This document shows positions 7,898 to 18,736 of a stretch of DNA of 64,000 nt, one piece after another. This DNA is from Desulfatiglandales bacterium (GTDB taxonomy: Bacteria; Desulfobacterota; DSM-4660; Desulfatiglandales; Desulfatiglandaceae). The notes beneath the pieces were generated by a model that was not told where the DNA came from, did not search any database, and saw only the letters and a list, made by a program, of their open reading frames with translations. Every line of letters starts with the position of its first letter. Positions within the stretch are counted from its first letter, which is position 1. The stretch spans positions 4,064,001 through 4,128,000 of the forward strand of contig OY759599.1 in the NCBI GenBank assembly GCA_963662465.1. Direction: 5' to 3'. The translations under genes were made by a program, and so were the position numbers.

Positions 7898-10138
7898 ATG
7901 AAACGGATATTGTGGATGAGCATCTTGATGGGGTTTGCTATTTTTCCCGAACCGGTTTTTTCGGGAGAGGATATTACCGCCTTGCCTGACGTTGTCGTAG
8001 AAGGCAAATTCGCGGAACAGGATTTTGTGGGACCCGTGTTTACGGAAACCAACACCAAAACAAAAATCACGGAAAAAGGGATAAACGCCCTCGGTCCCGG
8101 CTCAAAAATGTCCGTGCCAAGAGCCATAAGTCTTATTCCATCCGTGAATCAGCAGAGCGTTGATCCAAATGGTCTTGCGGATATCAGCAATTATCACGAA
8201 TCTTTCAGGTTCAGGGGGATTGAACCCACCGGTGGCGGAAACCCCTCCACCCCAGTTAATGTGGAGAATATCCCGGTTACCGGAAGACCTGGGGGCGGCG
8301 GAAACATCTATGATCTGGAAAATTTTGGAAGCATATCCATTTATAAGGGAGGCGTTCCAGCCGATAAGGCATTCGGATTGACGAATATCGGCGGAAAAAT
8401 TGATATGGCGGTAAAAAAACCCAAGGGAGAATTCGGTTTCGATTTGAAGCAGGCCTTGGGAAGTCATGACTTCAGAAGGACTTTTTTGCGTCTTGATACG
8501 GGATTGTTTTCCACCGAAACCGCGGGTTTCCTGTCATATTCCAACACCAACGCCGACAAATGGAAGGGCGAAGGGGATTCCAATCGAAATAATGCAATGC
8601 TCGGTTTGACTCAGAAAGTCGGCGACGGATTAAAAATAGAAGCATTCTCCATCTACAACAACGCAAAGATCAATCCCTACAGACCGCTTAATTATAAAGA
8701 GGCGTCATCGCTAAGCAAGAATTACAATTTTGATTATACGGATAATAGTGCCGACTATTTCTATTATGGTTACAATAAAAGTGATTTTGAAGATTATAAT
8801 ATTTTTGCAAATATTGAATATAAGTTTAATAAAAATTCCAGCATAATGGTGAAGCCGTTTTATTGGAAAGATGATGGCTATTATCTGGAAACCATCACAA
8901 TGAAAAACGGAAAAAACCGGATCAGACGATGGGACATAGACCATGAGTTGAGCGGCGTTTTAAGCCAATATTCATTGAAAATTCAATCAGCGGACTTTAA
9001 TGTGGGCTATTTTTATCTTGAGCAGGAAAGACCCGGACCGCCCACCTCATGGAAATTGTATAAGGTATCGTCCGGCAATCTTGATTTCGACAAATGGCAG
9101 GTCCTTTCCAATTCTTCAAAGCACCGTCAACATGTTCCTTTTGTATCAGGGAAATATTCAATAGGGCCCTTCAATATTGAAGGCGGCATCAAATATCTGA
9201 GATATTCAATGCCGGACATCACCACATACGACACAACCGGCATCCCGGATGTCAGCTATGAAGACGCCCTCGGCATGGTGACCGGCACTGAAGCGGATGC
9301 AAGTGCCAATTCAAAAGATTTCAATGAAATTCTTCCCAATTTCGGTTTGAATTACAGGATAAACGATGAATTGAATGGCTATTTTTCATATGGCAGAAAT
9401 TATGGCATGAGTGTGGCCCTTTACCCCTATTTTATCTCGCAAAAAAGTGCTTTCTATAAAAAAGGCATCACGCTGCAGGATCTCTGGAATAAACAGGAAC
9501 TCGAAATTGCGGACAATTTTGATGTGGGGTTGCGATACATCACGGACAACCTGTATGTGGCGCCCACCCTTTATTATGCCAAACACAAAAATAAGACCGC
9601 ACCTTATTACGACGCCTCCATCGAGGCCACCTTCCCCGCCGCGGTTTTTGATGCGGATGCATACGGTTTCGAATTGGAGGCAGGCGTTATGCCTTTGGAA
9701 AATCTGTCTCTCTATGGATCCTTTTCCTACAACAGATTCTGTTTTTCCCAAGATATTTATGATCAGGCGGGCGCCGCTATTTCAGTAAAGGGCAACCAGG
9801 TGCCTGATGCCCCGGAATTTCTGGCGAAAGGCATCGCAAGTTACAGCATCGGATATTTTACCTTTTCTCCCGTTGTGAGATATACCTCCAGCAGATATGG
9901 CGACATTTTGCATGAAGAAAAAATTGACGGCGCAACGCTCTTTGATTTCGATATTACCTATACAACAGCCTTTCCAAAGATTAAGATTCAAAAACTGGAT
10001 CTTTCCCTTGCTTTTAATAATATATTTGATAAAGAATACATTAGCATTATCAATACCGCTGATTATAAGACCCTTGGGTCATCCTATCAGACAGGTGCGC
10101 CGTTTAATGTTTTCTTCTCTGTTTCGGCTTCTTTTTAA
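7898..10138 (+). CDS. TonB-dependent receptor
   Basis: AAGGAG RBS, signal peptide, TonB box DVVVEG, plug end IYKG...GGKI, C-terminal Phe. Confidence 0.9.
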   Translation: MKRILWMSILMGFAIFPEPVFSGEDITALPDVVVEGKFAEQDFVGPVFTETNTKTKITEKGINALGPGSKMSVPRAISLIPSVNQQSVDPNGLADISNYHESFRFRGIEPTGGGNPSTPVNVENIPVTGRPGGGGNIYDLENFGSISIYKGGVPADKAFGLTNIGGKIDMAVKKPKGEFGFDLKQALGSHDFRRTFLRLDTGLFSTETAGFLSYSNTNADKWKGEGDSNRNNAMLGLTQKVGDGLKIEAFSIYNNAKINPYRPLNYKEASSLSKNYNFDYTDNSADYFYYGYNKSDFEDYNIFANIEYKFNKNSSIMVKPFYWKDDGYYLETITMKNGKNRIRRWDIDHELSGVLSQYSLKIQSADFNVGYFYLEQERPGPPTSWKLYKVSSGNLDFDKWQVLSNSSKHRQHVPFVSGKYSIGPFNIEGGIKYLRYSMPDITTYDTTGIPDVSYEDALGMVTGTEADASANSKDFNEILPNFGLNYRINDELNGYFSYGRNYGMSVALYPYFISQKSAFYKKGITLQDLWNKQELEIADNFDVGLRYITDNLYVAPTLYYAKHKNKTAPYYDASIEATFPAAVFDADAYGFELEAGVMPLENLSLYGSFSYNRFCFSQDIYDQAGAAISVKGNQVPDAPEFLAKGIASYSIGYFTFSPVVRYTSSRYGDILHEEKIDGATLFDFDITYTTAFPKIKIQKLDLSLAFNNIFDKEYISIINTADYKTLGSSYQTGAPFNVFFSVSASF

Positions 10139-10250
10139 ATTTACGCCTTGTCTTTATAACGCATGGCATTAAGAGAGGTCGGCCTAATGGTTTCCCTCAG
10201 CTCTTGAAGCATGCGGGTTTTCCGGCCGCTGCAAGCGGTAAGGAGTCATA

Positions 10251-11078
10251 TTGATGTTTTGTTTTGGTCGTTTTTTTTGGTTTTCATGCCTTTTTGGGGT
10301 TATACCCGCTTTGATATTCTTCCCTTGCGGAGCCGGCTGTGAATCGGAGATGCCGCCCACGGCCCTACAAGTCAAGCAGAATGCCGAAGCATCCGTGAAA
10401 ATCCGTCGTATGAGTCAGAAACGCATCGATGCATGGGCGGATGAAGAAGAAAAAATGCGTTCAGAAATTTCGAGTCTTGAGAAAGATCTAGATACGCTCA
10501 AGTGGAGACGGCAAAAGACCGACACGTATCTCCTGGATCTGGAACAAAAAATGGCGGCTTTAAATGAAGGAAGCCGTGCGGCTAAAGAGATTCAGGATGA
10601 ATTGGAACCTTTTCTGGAAAAAACCCTTCAGGATCTGGAAGCGTTTTCCGAAAATGAATTGCCGTCCCTGAGGGAACTTCAAAGCCCCGGTCTTCAATCG
10701 GCCAAGGAAATGCAAAATGATGCGGATGCCGATATGGTCCGGAAAACCCGCGGCCTGCTGGAGGTTCTCATGCGGGCCGTGGAATACGGATATTTCGTGG
10801 AACCGGACCAGACCGATATCGGTATCGATGAAAAGACCATTCGCGTCAAACGCATCAGCGTAGGACGATTGGGGCTCTTTGCCCTGAGCGCCGACGGAGA
10901 TCAAGCCTGGAAATGGCAGACTGAGAAAGAGCAATATGAACCGATTCCCCATTTTGCCGGCGCCATTCGGGAAGCCATCCAGATTTGTGAACGAAGGCGT
11001 TTGGTGGAATTGGTGAAATTGCCCATGGGACCCCCTGTCAGCCCCCCCGTTAGCTCTGACAAGGAGGTGAAAAAGTGA
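10251..11078 (+). CDS. DUF3450/TtpB-like TonB-system coiled-coil protein (copy 1)
   Basis: Signal peptide, coiled coil, EYG and VGRLGL motifs; precedes a long ExbB. Confidence 0.75.
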   Translation: MMFCFGRFFWFSCLFGVIPALIFFPCGAGCESEMPPTALQVKQNAEASVKIRRMSQKRIDAWADEEEKMRSEISSLEKDLDTLKWRRQKTDTYLLDLEQKMAALNEGSRAAKEIQDELEPFLEKTLQDLEAFSENELPSLRELQSPGLQSAKEMQNDADADMVRKTRGLLEVLMRAVEYGYFVEPDQTDIGIDEKTIRVKRISVGRLGLFALSADGDQAWKWQTEKEQYEPIPHFAGAIREAIQICERRRLVELVKLPMGPPVSPPVSSDKEVKK

Positions 11079-12478
11079 GGGTTTTGCTCTGTCTGGTTTT
11101 TTTATTCACCTTCCCGCCATTGCTTTTTGCCCAATCGTCCTCATTCAGCCGGGTGGCCCAAGAGGTAGAGACGGATTTGAAAAAGGCGCAGGCGGAAGAA
11201 ACCCTCACCCTGGCCGATGTGGCCGAGAAACGCAAAGAACTCATGACCCGGCGGGATCGCCTGATATCTGATATCAAAAGGGAAAGCGAAGCCCTTGCAG
11301 CTGACGAACTGCGGCTTTCGGAAATGCGGAAAAAGCGGCTGGAACTGATCCGTATGGTTCAGACCCACGCGGGCCGCATGAAAGAGCTGGATGCGGCCAT
11401 ACGGGATTTTGCTCGTAATTTCTATGGTTTAGCTGAGCGTTCCGCCTATAGTGCTGAAACGCCCGACCGGTTGACGATTCTCAAGCATTTCCTGGATAAA
11501 AACAAAATTCTCGGGATTCAGGATATTCAAACCCTGGTGGCATTGGCTTTTAAGGATATGACGGCATCAGGGCAGATCATCCGGCGTGAAGGGGGAATGG
11601 TGGATCGTCGGGGAGAAACGGTCCAGGGGGCGATTATCCGCATGGGCAATCTTACCGCCATCTACCGGAGCGGGGGAGATGTGGGGTACCTCAGCCCGAG
11701 TCCCGCTTCAGGGAGGCTTTTGGTTTCCGCTCCCCCCGGATGGGGTGTTTGCCGGAATCTGAAACAGTATTTTGAAGGGGAAACCGATGACGTCTATATG
11801 GATATCTCGGGGGGCGCAGCCATCAAACAGATGGCGCGTAAAGCCACCTTATGGGAGCAGATTCAGAGCGGCGGCGTGTTGGTATGGCCTATCCTGCTGG
11901 TGGGGTTGGTGGCCGTCATTCTGGTGCTTGAACGGCTTATCTTCCTGGGTCGGGTGCGGCACAACACCGACAAACTCATGACCCATGTGACGGAGCTGGT
12001 GGAAGCGGGCGATTACCGGGGCGCCATGAAGGAAACCGAGTCCCTGTCCGGCATGCCCACCAGCAATGTTTTAAAGGCCGGGCTTACCCAGCAGGGTCAG
12101 CCCCGGGACATCATTGAAAGCAGTCTGGCCGAGGCCATCCTCAAGGAAACCCCGCGTCTGGAACGATTTCTGCCCGCCCTCAAGGTGCTGGCGGCCATTG
12201 CGCCCCTTCTGGGGTTGCTCGGGACCGTGACCGGCATGATCAACACCTTTCAGGTGATTACCGTTCATGGGACCGGCGACCCGCGCCTTATGGCCGGCGG
12301 GATCAGCGAAGCCCTCATCACCACCCAGCTGGGTCTGGCCGTGGCCATTCCCATACTGGTGATCGCGGCCCTCCTGGGACGAAAAGTGAACCGCATTGCC
12401 TCGGATATGGAGGAAAAAGCCATGGCCCTGATCGCGGCCCTTTTAAGAGATCAGAGGGTTTCCTATGAACTGTCTTGA
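11075..12478 (+). CDS. Long MotA/TolQ/ExbB protein (TtpC-like, copy 1)
   Basis: APLLGLLGTVTGMI...GISEALITTQLGL with a large periplasmic N-domain. Confidence 0.9.
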   Translation: MRVLLCLVFLFTFPPLLFAQSSSFSRVAQEVETDLKKAQAEETLTLADVAEKRKELMTRRDRLISDIKRESEALAADELRLSEMRKKRLELIRMVQTHAGRMKELDAAIRDFARNFYGLAERSAYSAETPDRLTILKHFLDKNKILGIQDIQTLVALAFKDMTASGQIIRREGGMVDRRGETVQGAIIRMGNLTAIYRSGGDVGYLSPSPASGRLLVSAPPGWGVCRNLKQYFEGETDDVYMDISGGAAIKQMARKATLWEQIQSGGVLVWPILLVGLVAVILVLERLIFLGRVRHNTDKLMTHVTELVEAGDYRGAMKETESLSGMPTSNVLKAGLTQQGQPRDIIESSLAEAILKETPRLERFLPALKVLAAIAPLLGLLGTVTGMINTFQVITVHGTGDPRLMAGGISEALITTQLGLAVAIPILVIAALLGRKVNRIASDMEEKAMALIAALLRDQRVSYELS

Positions 12479-13079
12479 AACCATGTGGCGCTTTGTTCAA
12501 ACGGGTGGACCCATCATGATCCCATTGGTGCTGATTTCCATCTGGATGTGGTATTTGATTGTTCAAAAGCTGCTGTGGATATTCCGTATTCGCCGCTATC
12601 CCCTGAAAATATCCGAGGCCCTTAACGTCATGGCAGCCCCCCCCAAACAGTTGGGAGGGCATGACACTCCCAGGTCCGGGGCCCTCAACTATTTTCTGGG
12701 GCAGCGGCGTTTCAACCCGGAGCCCGATCGGATTATGTGGGAAGTGGCAGTCAAGCGCCAGCTTTTCCCCCTCAACCGGCACATGGCCGCCATTCTGGTG
12801 CTGGCCACGGTGGCGCCCCTTTTGGGATTGCTGGGGACGGTGACGGGTATGGTGGATACCTTCAGGGTGATTGGCGTTCAAGGGGCAAGCAATCCCCAGG
12901 CCCTTGCCTCGGGGATCAAGGAAGCCCTGATTACCACGCAGACCGGACTGCTGATCGCCATTCCCGGTCTTCTGGCCGGGCAGACCCTGCGTAAGATGAT
13001 CCGCAACATTCAGGGGGATCTCATGATATTTTACCGGGCCGTGGACCAATGGCTGGAAAGGAATACGCCCCATGTTTAG
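12465..13079 (+). CDS. exbB: ExbB
   Basis: APLLGLLGTVTGM...ALITTQTGL. Confidence 0.9.
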   Translation: MNCLETMWRFVQTGGPIMIPLVLISIWMWYLIVQKLLWIFRIRRYPLKISEALNVMAAPPKQLGGHDTPRSGALNYFLGQRRFNPEPDRIMWEVAVKRQLFPLNRHMAAILVLATVAPLLGLLGTVTGMVDTFRVIGVQGASNPQALASGIKEALITTQTGLLIAIPGLLAGQTLRKMIRNIQGDLMIFYRAVDQWLERNTPHV

Positions 13080-13503
13080 AATCGGCAGCAGTCTTGGCGG
13101 CAACCGGGGGCTGGACGGCAGTGAAGACGCCGAACTCAACATGGCGCCCCTCATCGATATGATTTTTATCCTTTTGATTTTTTTCCTGGTCACCGCCACC
13201 TTTGTGAAGGAATCCGGGGTGGAGATCCAAAGGCCCGAAGCCGCATCGGCCCAGGACAAACCGGAGGCCGGACTTTTCATCGGCATCACCGAACAGGGGG
13301 AAATCTTCATTGACAAAACGCGGGTGGATTTAAGGAGCGTTCGCGGCATGGTGGAACATTTTTTGTTGGAAACCCCTTCGGGAGGCGTGATCCTTGAAGC
13401 CGACCGTTCCAGTCTCACGGGACGCCTCGTGGCGGTCCTGGATCAATGCCGAATGGCGGGGGCCGAAAATATCGCCGTATCCACCCTCAGGAGCGAACCG
13501 TGA
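13072..13503 (+). CDS. exbD: ExbD (copy 1)
   Basis: NMAPLIDMIFILLIFFLVT. Confidence 0.95.
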   Translation: MFRIGSSLGGNRGLDGSEDAELNMAPLIDMIFILLIFFLVTATFVKESGVEIQRPEAASAQDKPEAGLFIGITEQGEIFIDKTRVDLRSVRGMVEHFLLETPSGGVILEADRSSLTGRLVAVLDQCRMAGAENIAVSTLRSEP

Positions 13504-14330
13504 GAACAGGGCCGGCAATGGTTTTTTCCAGCCGGAAAAAGCACGGTTATGGCCTTTTGGCCTTCCTTCTGTCGCTTCTCATCAATGTCGTTATTTTCGC
13601 CATTGCCCCCATGCTCCTGGAACAGACCGGCGTGACGGACTTTTTGCCCCATGCCCTTCTGAATTTGAAAATGCCCCTGCGGTCGGAACAACCGGGATCT
13701 GAGTCAGAGCAAGACATTGAGATGAGGGATGAAAATCCCCAACCGGCACCCATGGAACCGGAATTGGAAATCGATTCACCGGACGTACCGGAGATGTTGC
13801 CCCCCGAACTTGAAATCCCCCCACTGACATCTCCCCAGGATTCTTTTGATGAGCCTGCCCCTGAAATATCCCGGTTGGAAATTCCCCTCAAGACCGTGTC
13901 CATGAAATCCGTACCCGTGGCCTTGTCCGCGCCCGCTGCCGCCCCGGCATCCTCACCCCCCCCGGCATCCGCGCCACAACCGGCTGCGCGGTCAAACCCG
14001 CAACCCGTCAAGGAACATAAAAAAAACGGCGGTTATTCCCTGGGCCAGGTGGATGCGGCGCCGAGGGCCATGTATCAGGCGCTCCCTCGCTATCCGCGCC
14101 GCGCCAGACAACGAAACATCGAGGGATGGGTGAAAGTCCGTTTTCTGGTGGATAAAGAGGGGCGGGTTCGGAACCTTCGAATACTGGAAGAATCCCCGCC
14201 GGACGTTTTTCATGAAACCGTCATGGAAACAGCGCCCCGGTGGCGCTTTCGCCCGGCCACAAAGGAAGGACGTCCCGTGAACGTCTGGGTGGAACAAACC
14301 ATTAATTTCAGGATGGACGACGCATGGTAA
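13500..14330 (+). CDS. tonB: TonB (copy 1)
   Basis: N-terminal TM, Pro-rich linker, YPRRA...IEGWVKVRF...WRF.P. Confidence 0.9.
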   Translation: MRTGPAMVFSSRKKHGYGLLAFLLSLLINVVIFAIAPMLLEQTGVTDFLPHALLNLKMPLRSEQPGSESEQDIEMRDENPQPAPMEPELEIDSPDVPEMLPPELEIPPLTSPQDSFDEPAPEISRLEIPLKTVSMKSVPVALSAPAAAPASSPPPASAPQPAARSNPQPVKEHKKNGGYSLGQVDAAPRAMYQALPRYPRRARQRNIEGWVKVRFLVDKEGRVRNLRILEESPPDVFHETVMETAPRWRFRPATKEGRPVNVWVEQTINFRMDDAW

Positions 14331-15937
14331 ACCGGAAACGCACCTTTCTGATTGTCTTTATGCTGGTGTTTCCATGGGGCGGCAGCCTTTTCGGCGGACA
14401 ATGCCCCCAGGAGATGCCCCCCATGAACCCGGACCTTCACAAGTGCATGGTCCAGGCTGAAAAACTGATGGACCGGGGCCGGAACACGGAAGCCCTGACC
14501 CTGTTGGATTGTTATGCTCGGGAAAACCCTTCTGAAAAACATCCTCATCCGGTTTTTGTCAGGGGGCTTTTGAATTACCGGCTCAAACGGCTGAAAAAAG
14601 CAGAGGCCCTTTTCAAAACCGCCGTAGACCGTAACCCTTGCTTCGTCGAAGCCTGGCAAAACCTGGCGGTGGTGTATCATGACCAAAAACGACCGGCCCG
14701 GGCCGCAAAATCAATGGAACGGGTGCTGGCCCTGTCAAAGGATGAACAGCCGAGTTTGAAATACCAGGCCGCCCTGTGCTGGCTGGCGGCGGACAAACCC
14801 GGAAAAGCCCTTCCCCTGCTTCAGGCCTTATCCCGAAAGAAACCGCCTCGTCCTGAATGGTTGACCCGCCTGGCGGAAGCCCAAAAAGCCCTTGGGCAGC
14901 CGAAAAACGCTGCCATGACCCTTGAAAAAGCCTACCGCAACGACCATGATCCTGAACGCCTTTACCAGGCGGCCCTGCTTGATTTGAAGGCGAAAGCGCC
15001 GGATAAAGCCCTGCCTTCTTTGAAGAAACTGGCGGCAAGCCCCCACCCTGACGCTAAATGGATCATTCTTCTAGCGCTGACCTTAGACCAGCTGGACCAC
15101 TGTTCCGAGGCCATGGAGATCATGGAAAGAACAGAGGTTAACGCCCCGTCCCTGCCGGCTGAAATGCGCTTTCAGGTGGGGATCTTCTGGTTGAAGCATG
15201 AGCGTCCCAAACAGGCCCTGCCCTGGCTTGAAGCCGTTTTTAAGGATCCCAATCCCCCTGAAGGCGCCCGCCGGGCTTATATCCGGGCACTGGTCTTGGC
15301 CGGAAAACCCCATCAGGCCGACCCCTTGCTTAGCGCCCTGTTAAAAAAAGATCCGGAGGACCATGGCATCTGGCGTCTTGCCGCATGGATTTATATGGAA
15401 CAGAAGGATTATCCCCGTGCGGCCGCCGCCCTCCACGTGGCCTATCGTCTTAATCCTCCGAACCCCGGCGAGTGGAAACGCCTGGGAGACCTGTATCGGC
15501 TTTCCGGCGTTCCCATGAAGGCCGTCGACGCTTACGAAAAAGCCTTTGGTCCATCGCCGGGAGCAAGGGACCTGGATTTGCTGGCTGAAACCTATATCGC
15601 AGCGAACCGGATGGAAAAGGCCCTTGCCGCGGCAGAGCGTGCCGTACGTTTGAAACCCACGGCGAAACGCTGGGCCAGACTGGGAGACCTCTGCCTGAAA
15701 TGCAGGGAGTGCCGCAAGGCAAAATCCGCCTTTCAACAGGCAGCGAGAATTGACGACAGGGGTGGGCTAATGAGCTTAAAGGAAGGATACGCCGCCTGGC
15801 AGATGCAGGAAATGTCATGTGCGAAAAATGCCTTTCAGAAGGCGCTTCAGCACGCGGAACCGAAAAGCGACACGGCTCTGAAAGCGTCCCATGCACTGGC
15901 GGCTATCCGGAAAATCACGGATGCGGCAAAAAATTGA
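14324..15937 (+). CDS. Exported TPR protein (TtpD-like, copy 1)
   Basis: Signal peptide and repeated TPR helices; last gene of the TonB set. Confidence 0.85.
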   Translation: MVNRKRTFLIVFMLVFPWGGSLFGGQCPQEMPPMNPDLHKCMVQAEKLMDRGRNTEALTLLDCYARENPSEKHPHPVFVRGLLNYRLKRLKKAEALFKTAVDRNPCFVEAWQNLAVVYHDQKRPARAAKSMERVLALSKDEQPSLKYQAALCWLAADKPGKALPLLQALSRKKPPRPEWLTRLAEAQKALGQPKNAAMTLEKAYRNDHDPERLYQAALLDLKAKAPDKALPSLKKLAASPHPDAKWIILLALTLDQLDHCSEAMEIMERTEVNAPSLPAEMRFQVGIFWLKHERPKQALPWLEAVFKDPNPPEGARRAYIRALVLAGKPHQADPLLSALLKKDPEDHGIWRLAAWIYMEQKDYPRAAAALHVAYRLNPPNPGEWKRLGDLYRLSGVPMKAVDAYEKAFGPSPGARDLDLLAETYIAANRMEKALAAAERAVRLKPTAKRWARLGDLCLKCRECRKAKSAFQQAARIDDRGGLMSLKEGYAAWQMQEMSCAKNAFQKALQHAEPKSDTALKASHALAAIRKITDAAKN

Positions 15938-15944
15938 AATCGGA

Positions 15945-16060
15945 GGTGTTTCGTTCAGTGGCCAAAGCCATCAGCTTATAGTATCGGCAGTATCCTTGCC
16001 GGTATCCCGGTGTATTATGCCTGGTCCTTCTACGTTCGCCACTTCGCAAGGCCTGCTCGA
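15945..16060 (+). pseudogene. 3' remnant of APC permease
   Basis: Matches the ends of the permeases at about 32235-32352 and 48283-48400, with small deletions. Confidence 0.75.
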
Positions 16061-16297
16061 TTATAATTCATCGCCGGCAACCGGAGTACGTGCAGGTACA
16101 TTGGACAGAATTTGATGAATTTTTTCAAAGTCAGTTCTGGCAGCGCGTGCGTTAATGTATTCTTCTGTCAGGAGTGCTGAAATTTTTTCAGATACTGCTG
16201 AGGAAATGAACTGATTGATCGACACACCTTCCTGCTTCGCAATCTCGCGAATGTGTCTATGGATTGACTCCGGCAATCTCAAACTTAAAGCGCCCAT
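16061..16297 (-). CDS. RHH/HicB-like antitoxin
   Basis: LSLRLPESIH...AKQEGVSINQFI. Confidence 0.8.
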   Translation of the reverse strand: MGALSLRLPESIHRHIREIAKQEGVSINQFISSAVSEKISALLTEEYINARAARTDFEKIHQILSNVPARTPVAGDEL

Positions 16298-16713
16298 TTG
16301 ATTTCCTCCAATAGTGTTTTGGGAGAGAGGATTTCCACCCCAAAATCTTTAACTCCTTTGAAATCTTTCCTGTTAAAAGTTGTGATGCTTTTTACACCAG
16401 ACGCCACCGCCAACTCGAGAACGTGATCATCTTTAGGATCAGGGAGAAACGGTCGCCACAAATAGTGGATTTTGTGCAGCGAACACAAAGCGCAAAAAGC
16501 GTCCAGCAGAGTCTCAATTTCTACATCGGTTAAACCCAATTTTTTGCTGTTTCGTTTCAGAACGTCCTCATATTCAAAAAGCAGGGCCACAGACATTACA
16601 GGCTTGACGCGTTTTTTCATGATGGCCTTGATAACCTGGAACGATGCACCAGTACTGGAATAAAGTCCTGCGTAAAGTATGTTCGTATTGATTACGGTGC
16701 GAATACCAACCAC
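16285..16713 (-). CDS. PIN-domain putative toxin
   Basis: INTNI (first Asp replaced by Asn), EYEDV, DPKDDHVLELA, TFNRKDF. Confidence 0.85.
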   Translation of the reverse strand: MVGIRTVINTNILYAGLYSSTGASFQVIKAIMKKRVKPVMSVALLFEYEDVLKRNSKKLGLTDVEIETLLDAFCALCSLHKIHYLWRPFLPDPKDDHVLELAVASGVKSITTFNRKDFKGVKDFGVEILSPKTLLEEIKWAL

Positions 16714-16856
16714 CTCCCAAAAAATATCATAATACTATATGTGGTATCATTGTAGTCGTCAAACAAATAATATGCATGGGGAAACTGTCCGAGAATAGAA
16801 AACTTAGCAATTTTAACATAGGGGTTAGCGTTGTGTAGTTGCTGATTTTAACCACT

Positions 16857-17570
16857 TCAATAAACATGGGGGTGTTTTAACGCCTGATGTTTATGGAAAT
16901 GGCTGTGCAGCGTTCCGGCCGCGCCGTTATAGGCAATTTTTCCGGCCGTCATAGTGTAGATTTTCCGGGTGGTTTCCTCCAGAAAATCGTATTCGTGAGA
17001 GACGATGACATAGCTGATGTCGAGACGGTTCAGGAGAGAGGCGATGGTGCTCCGGGCCTCTTCATCCAGGCCGGTGGTGGGTTCGTCCAGCAGGAGCGCT
17101 TTCGGCTGCATGACCAATACCGTTGCCAGGGAGACGAGCTTTTTTTCGCCTCCCGAAAGCCTGTGGGTAACGCGGTTTTCAAATCCTTTCAGTTTCAGCA
17201 TTTCAAGGGTTTCCATGGCCATGGAACGGGCCTCTTTGGGTGTTTTCCCCAGGTTGAGTGGGCCGAAAGCCACATCTTCCAGTACGGTGGGACAAAAAAG
17301 CTGATCATCCGCGTTCTGAAAAAGAAAACCGATGACGCGTCTGACCGTCAGAAAATCTTTTTTGCTTTCGACTGTTTTTCCCAAAACCCGGATACTTCCG
17401 GATGAGGGTTTGAGAAGCCCCATGATGATATGCAGCAGCGTGGTTTTGCCGCTGCCGTTATATCCGATCAATCCTACCTTTTCTTCTTCGGGAAGGGAGA
17501 ACTTCAGATTGTTCAGTACCGGCTTGTCTTTTTCATGGGAAAAGCAGAGGTTATCCAGTTCGAGAATCAT
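16857..17570 (-). CDS. cbiO: ECF ATPase CbiO/NikO (copy 1), His-rich tail
   Basis: GYNGSGKT, FQNADDQLF.PTV.EDVAFGP, LSGGE, LLDEP. Confidence 0.9.
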   Translation of the reverse strand: MILELDNLCFSHEKDKPVLNNLKFSLPEEEKVGLIGYNGSGKTTLLHIIMGLLKPSSGSIRVLGKTVESKKDFLTVRRVIGFLFQNADDQLFCPTVLEDVAFGPLNLGKTPKEARSMAMETLEMLKLKGFENRVTHRLSGGEKKLVSLATVLVMQPKALLLDEPTTGLDEEARSTIASLLNRLDISYVIVSHEYDFLEETTRKIYTMTAGKIAYNGAAGTLHSHFHKHQALKHPHVY

Positions 17571-18325
17571 TATGCGTGTACCCATTCAAGGATTAGTATG
17601 CCCAATAGGGTTGTGATGGTGCAGAACAGCCAGATCAAGTCCCGCCGCGATCGGGAAAATTCGGAAAGGGAATGGAATTTCCCGTTGAACCCGCGGCAAA
17701 GCATGGCCATGTAGACCCGCTCGGCCCGCTCCGAGGCCCGCACGAAAAGCATCCCCACGAGATAGGCGAATGTCCTGTAGGTGTGCAGCCGAGTGGACGG
17801 TTGAAACCCGCGGACCGCTGCTGATCGGACCAGCCGGTGATATTCCTCTTCCATAACGAAGATATACCGGTAATTCAGCAGCAGGAGATGCACCATTTTT
17901 TGTGGAACACCCAGCCTGCCGAGAGCTGCCCCCAGGCTTGCAACGGAACTGGTGGCGATGAGCGCAATAAAAGCCAGCAGTATGGCATTGCTTTTGAGCG
18001 TGATTCGGGCCGCAATCAAAACCCCCTCATGGGTTGCCGTGAAGGGTCCCAGGGAAAAAATGGGTTGGCCGGGGTAGGTAAAGGGGATCACAAACCAGAA
18101 GAAGAGAACAAAACCGTTTACTATCGCAACCCGTTTGCCCACTTCCCACAGGGGCAAGCGGGAGGTGCCCAGGAGAACAAAGGAAAAGGCGAGACTCAGA
18201 AAAAGAGGGGGAAATCGGTTTGAAAGGGCCACGACAAAGGCATAGAGCGTCGCCATGACAATCTTGAACCGGGGGTCGAGGTCGTGGATGGGGCTGGCGC
18301 CGTGCGCAAAGGGTTCCTGTAACAT
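17570..18325 (-). CDS. cbiQ: ECF T component CbiQ (copy 1)
   Basis: LDPR.K, YRYI, RAERVY.AM.CRGF. Confidence 0.9.
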   Translation of the reverse strand: MLQEPFAHGASPIHDLDPRFKIVMATLYAFVVALSNRFPPLFLSLAFSFVLLGTSRLPLWEVGKRVAIVNGFVLFFWFVIPFTYPGQPIFSLGPFTATHEGVLIAARITLKSNAILLAFIALIATSSVASLGAALGRLGVPQKMVHLLLLNYRYIFVMEEEYHRLVRSAAVRGFQPSTRLHTYRTFAYLVGMLFVRASERAERVYMAMLCRGFNGKFHSLSEFSRSRRDLIWLFCTITTLLGILILEWVHA

Positions 18326-18332
18326 AAATCCA

Positions 18333-18726
18333 TCAGCCTTTCTTGCGTGCGTCTATTTCACGGATTTTGCGGCGAAAGTGGATATAGGAGGCCAGGCCCA
18401 ATAAACCCAAAATATAGCCGATGCCGCCCAGAATATCGTGGAGGGTGGGCGCTTTGTCCTGGGATTCCGCAAACATTTTGAGTACCGGTCCGAGCCTTCG
18501 CTCCAGGGATTGGTCCAGAACGTCGCGCATTTGGTTCAGGTTGACGGAGGATGCTTCCATTGAATTTGCTTTCCGTGTGAACGGTATCGCCTTCCACCCA
18601 TGCGAATATGTTTACCCTGTGGGCCATTGCGGAACCGGACCACAGCAGGCAAAACATGAAAAGACATGCCGATCCAAAAGTAATTTGCCGGCATTGAATA
18701 GCATCAAAACTCAAAAATGTTTTCAT
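18333..18726 (-). pseudogene. NikL/CbiL-like gene with internal deletion and frameshift (copy 1)
   Basis: Signal peptide + AHRVNIFAWVEG in one frame; C-terminal DILGGIGYILGL in another. Confidence 0.7.
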
Positions 18727-18736
18727 GATCTCCTTT

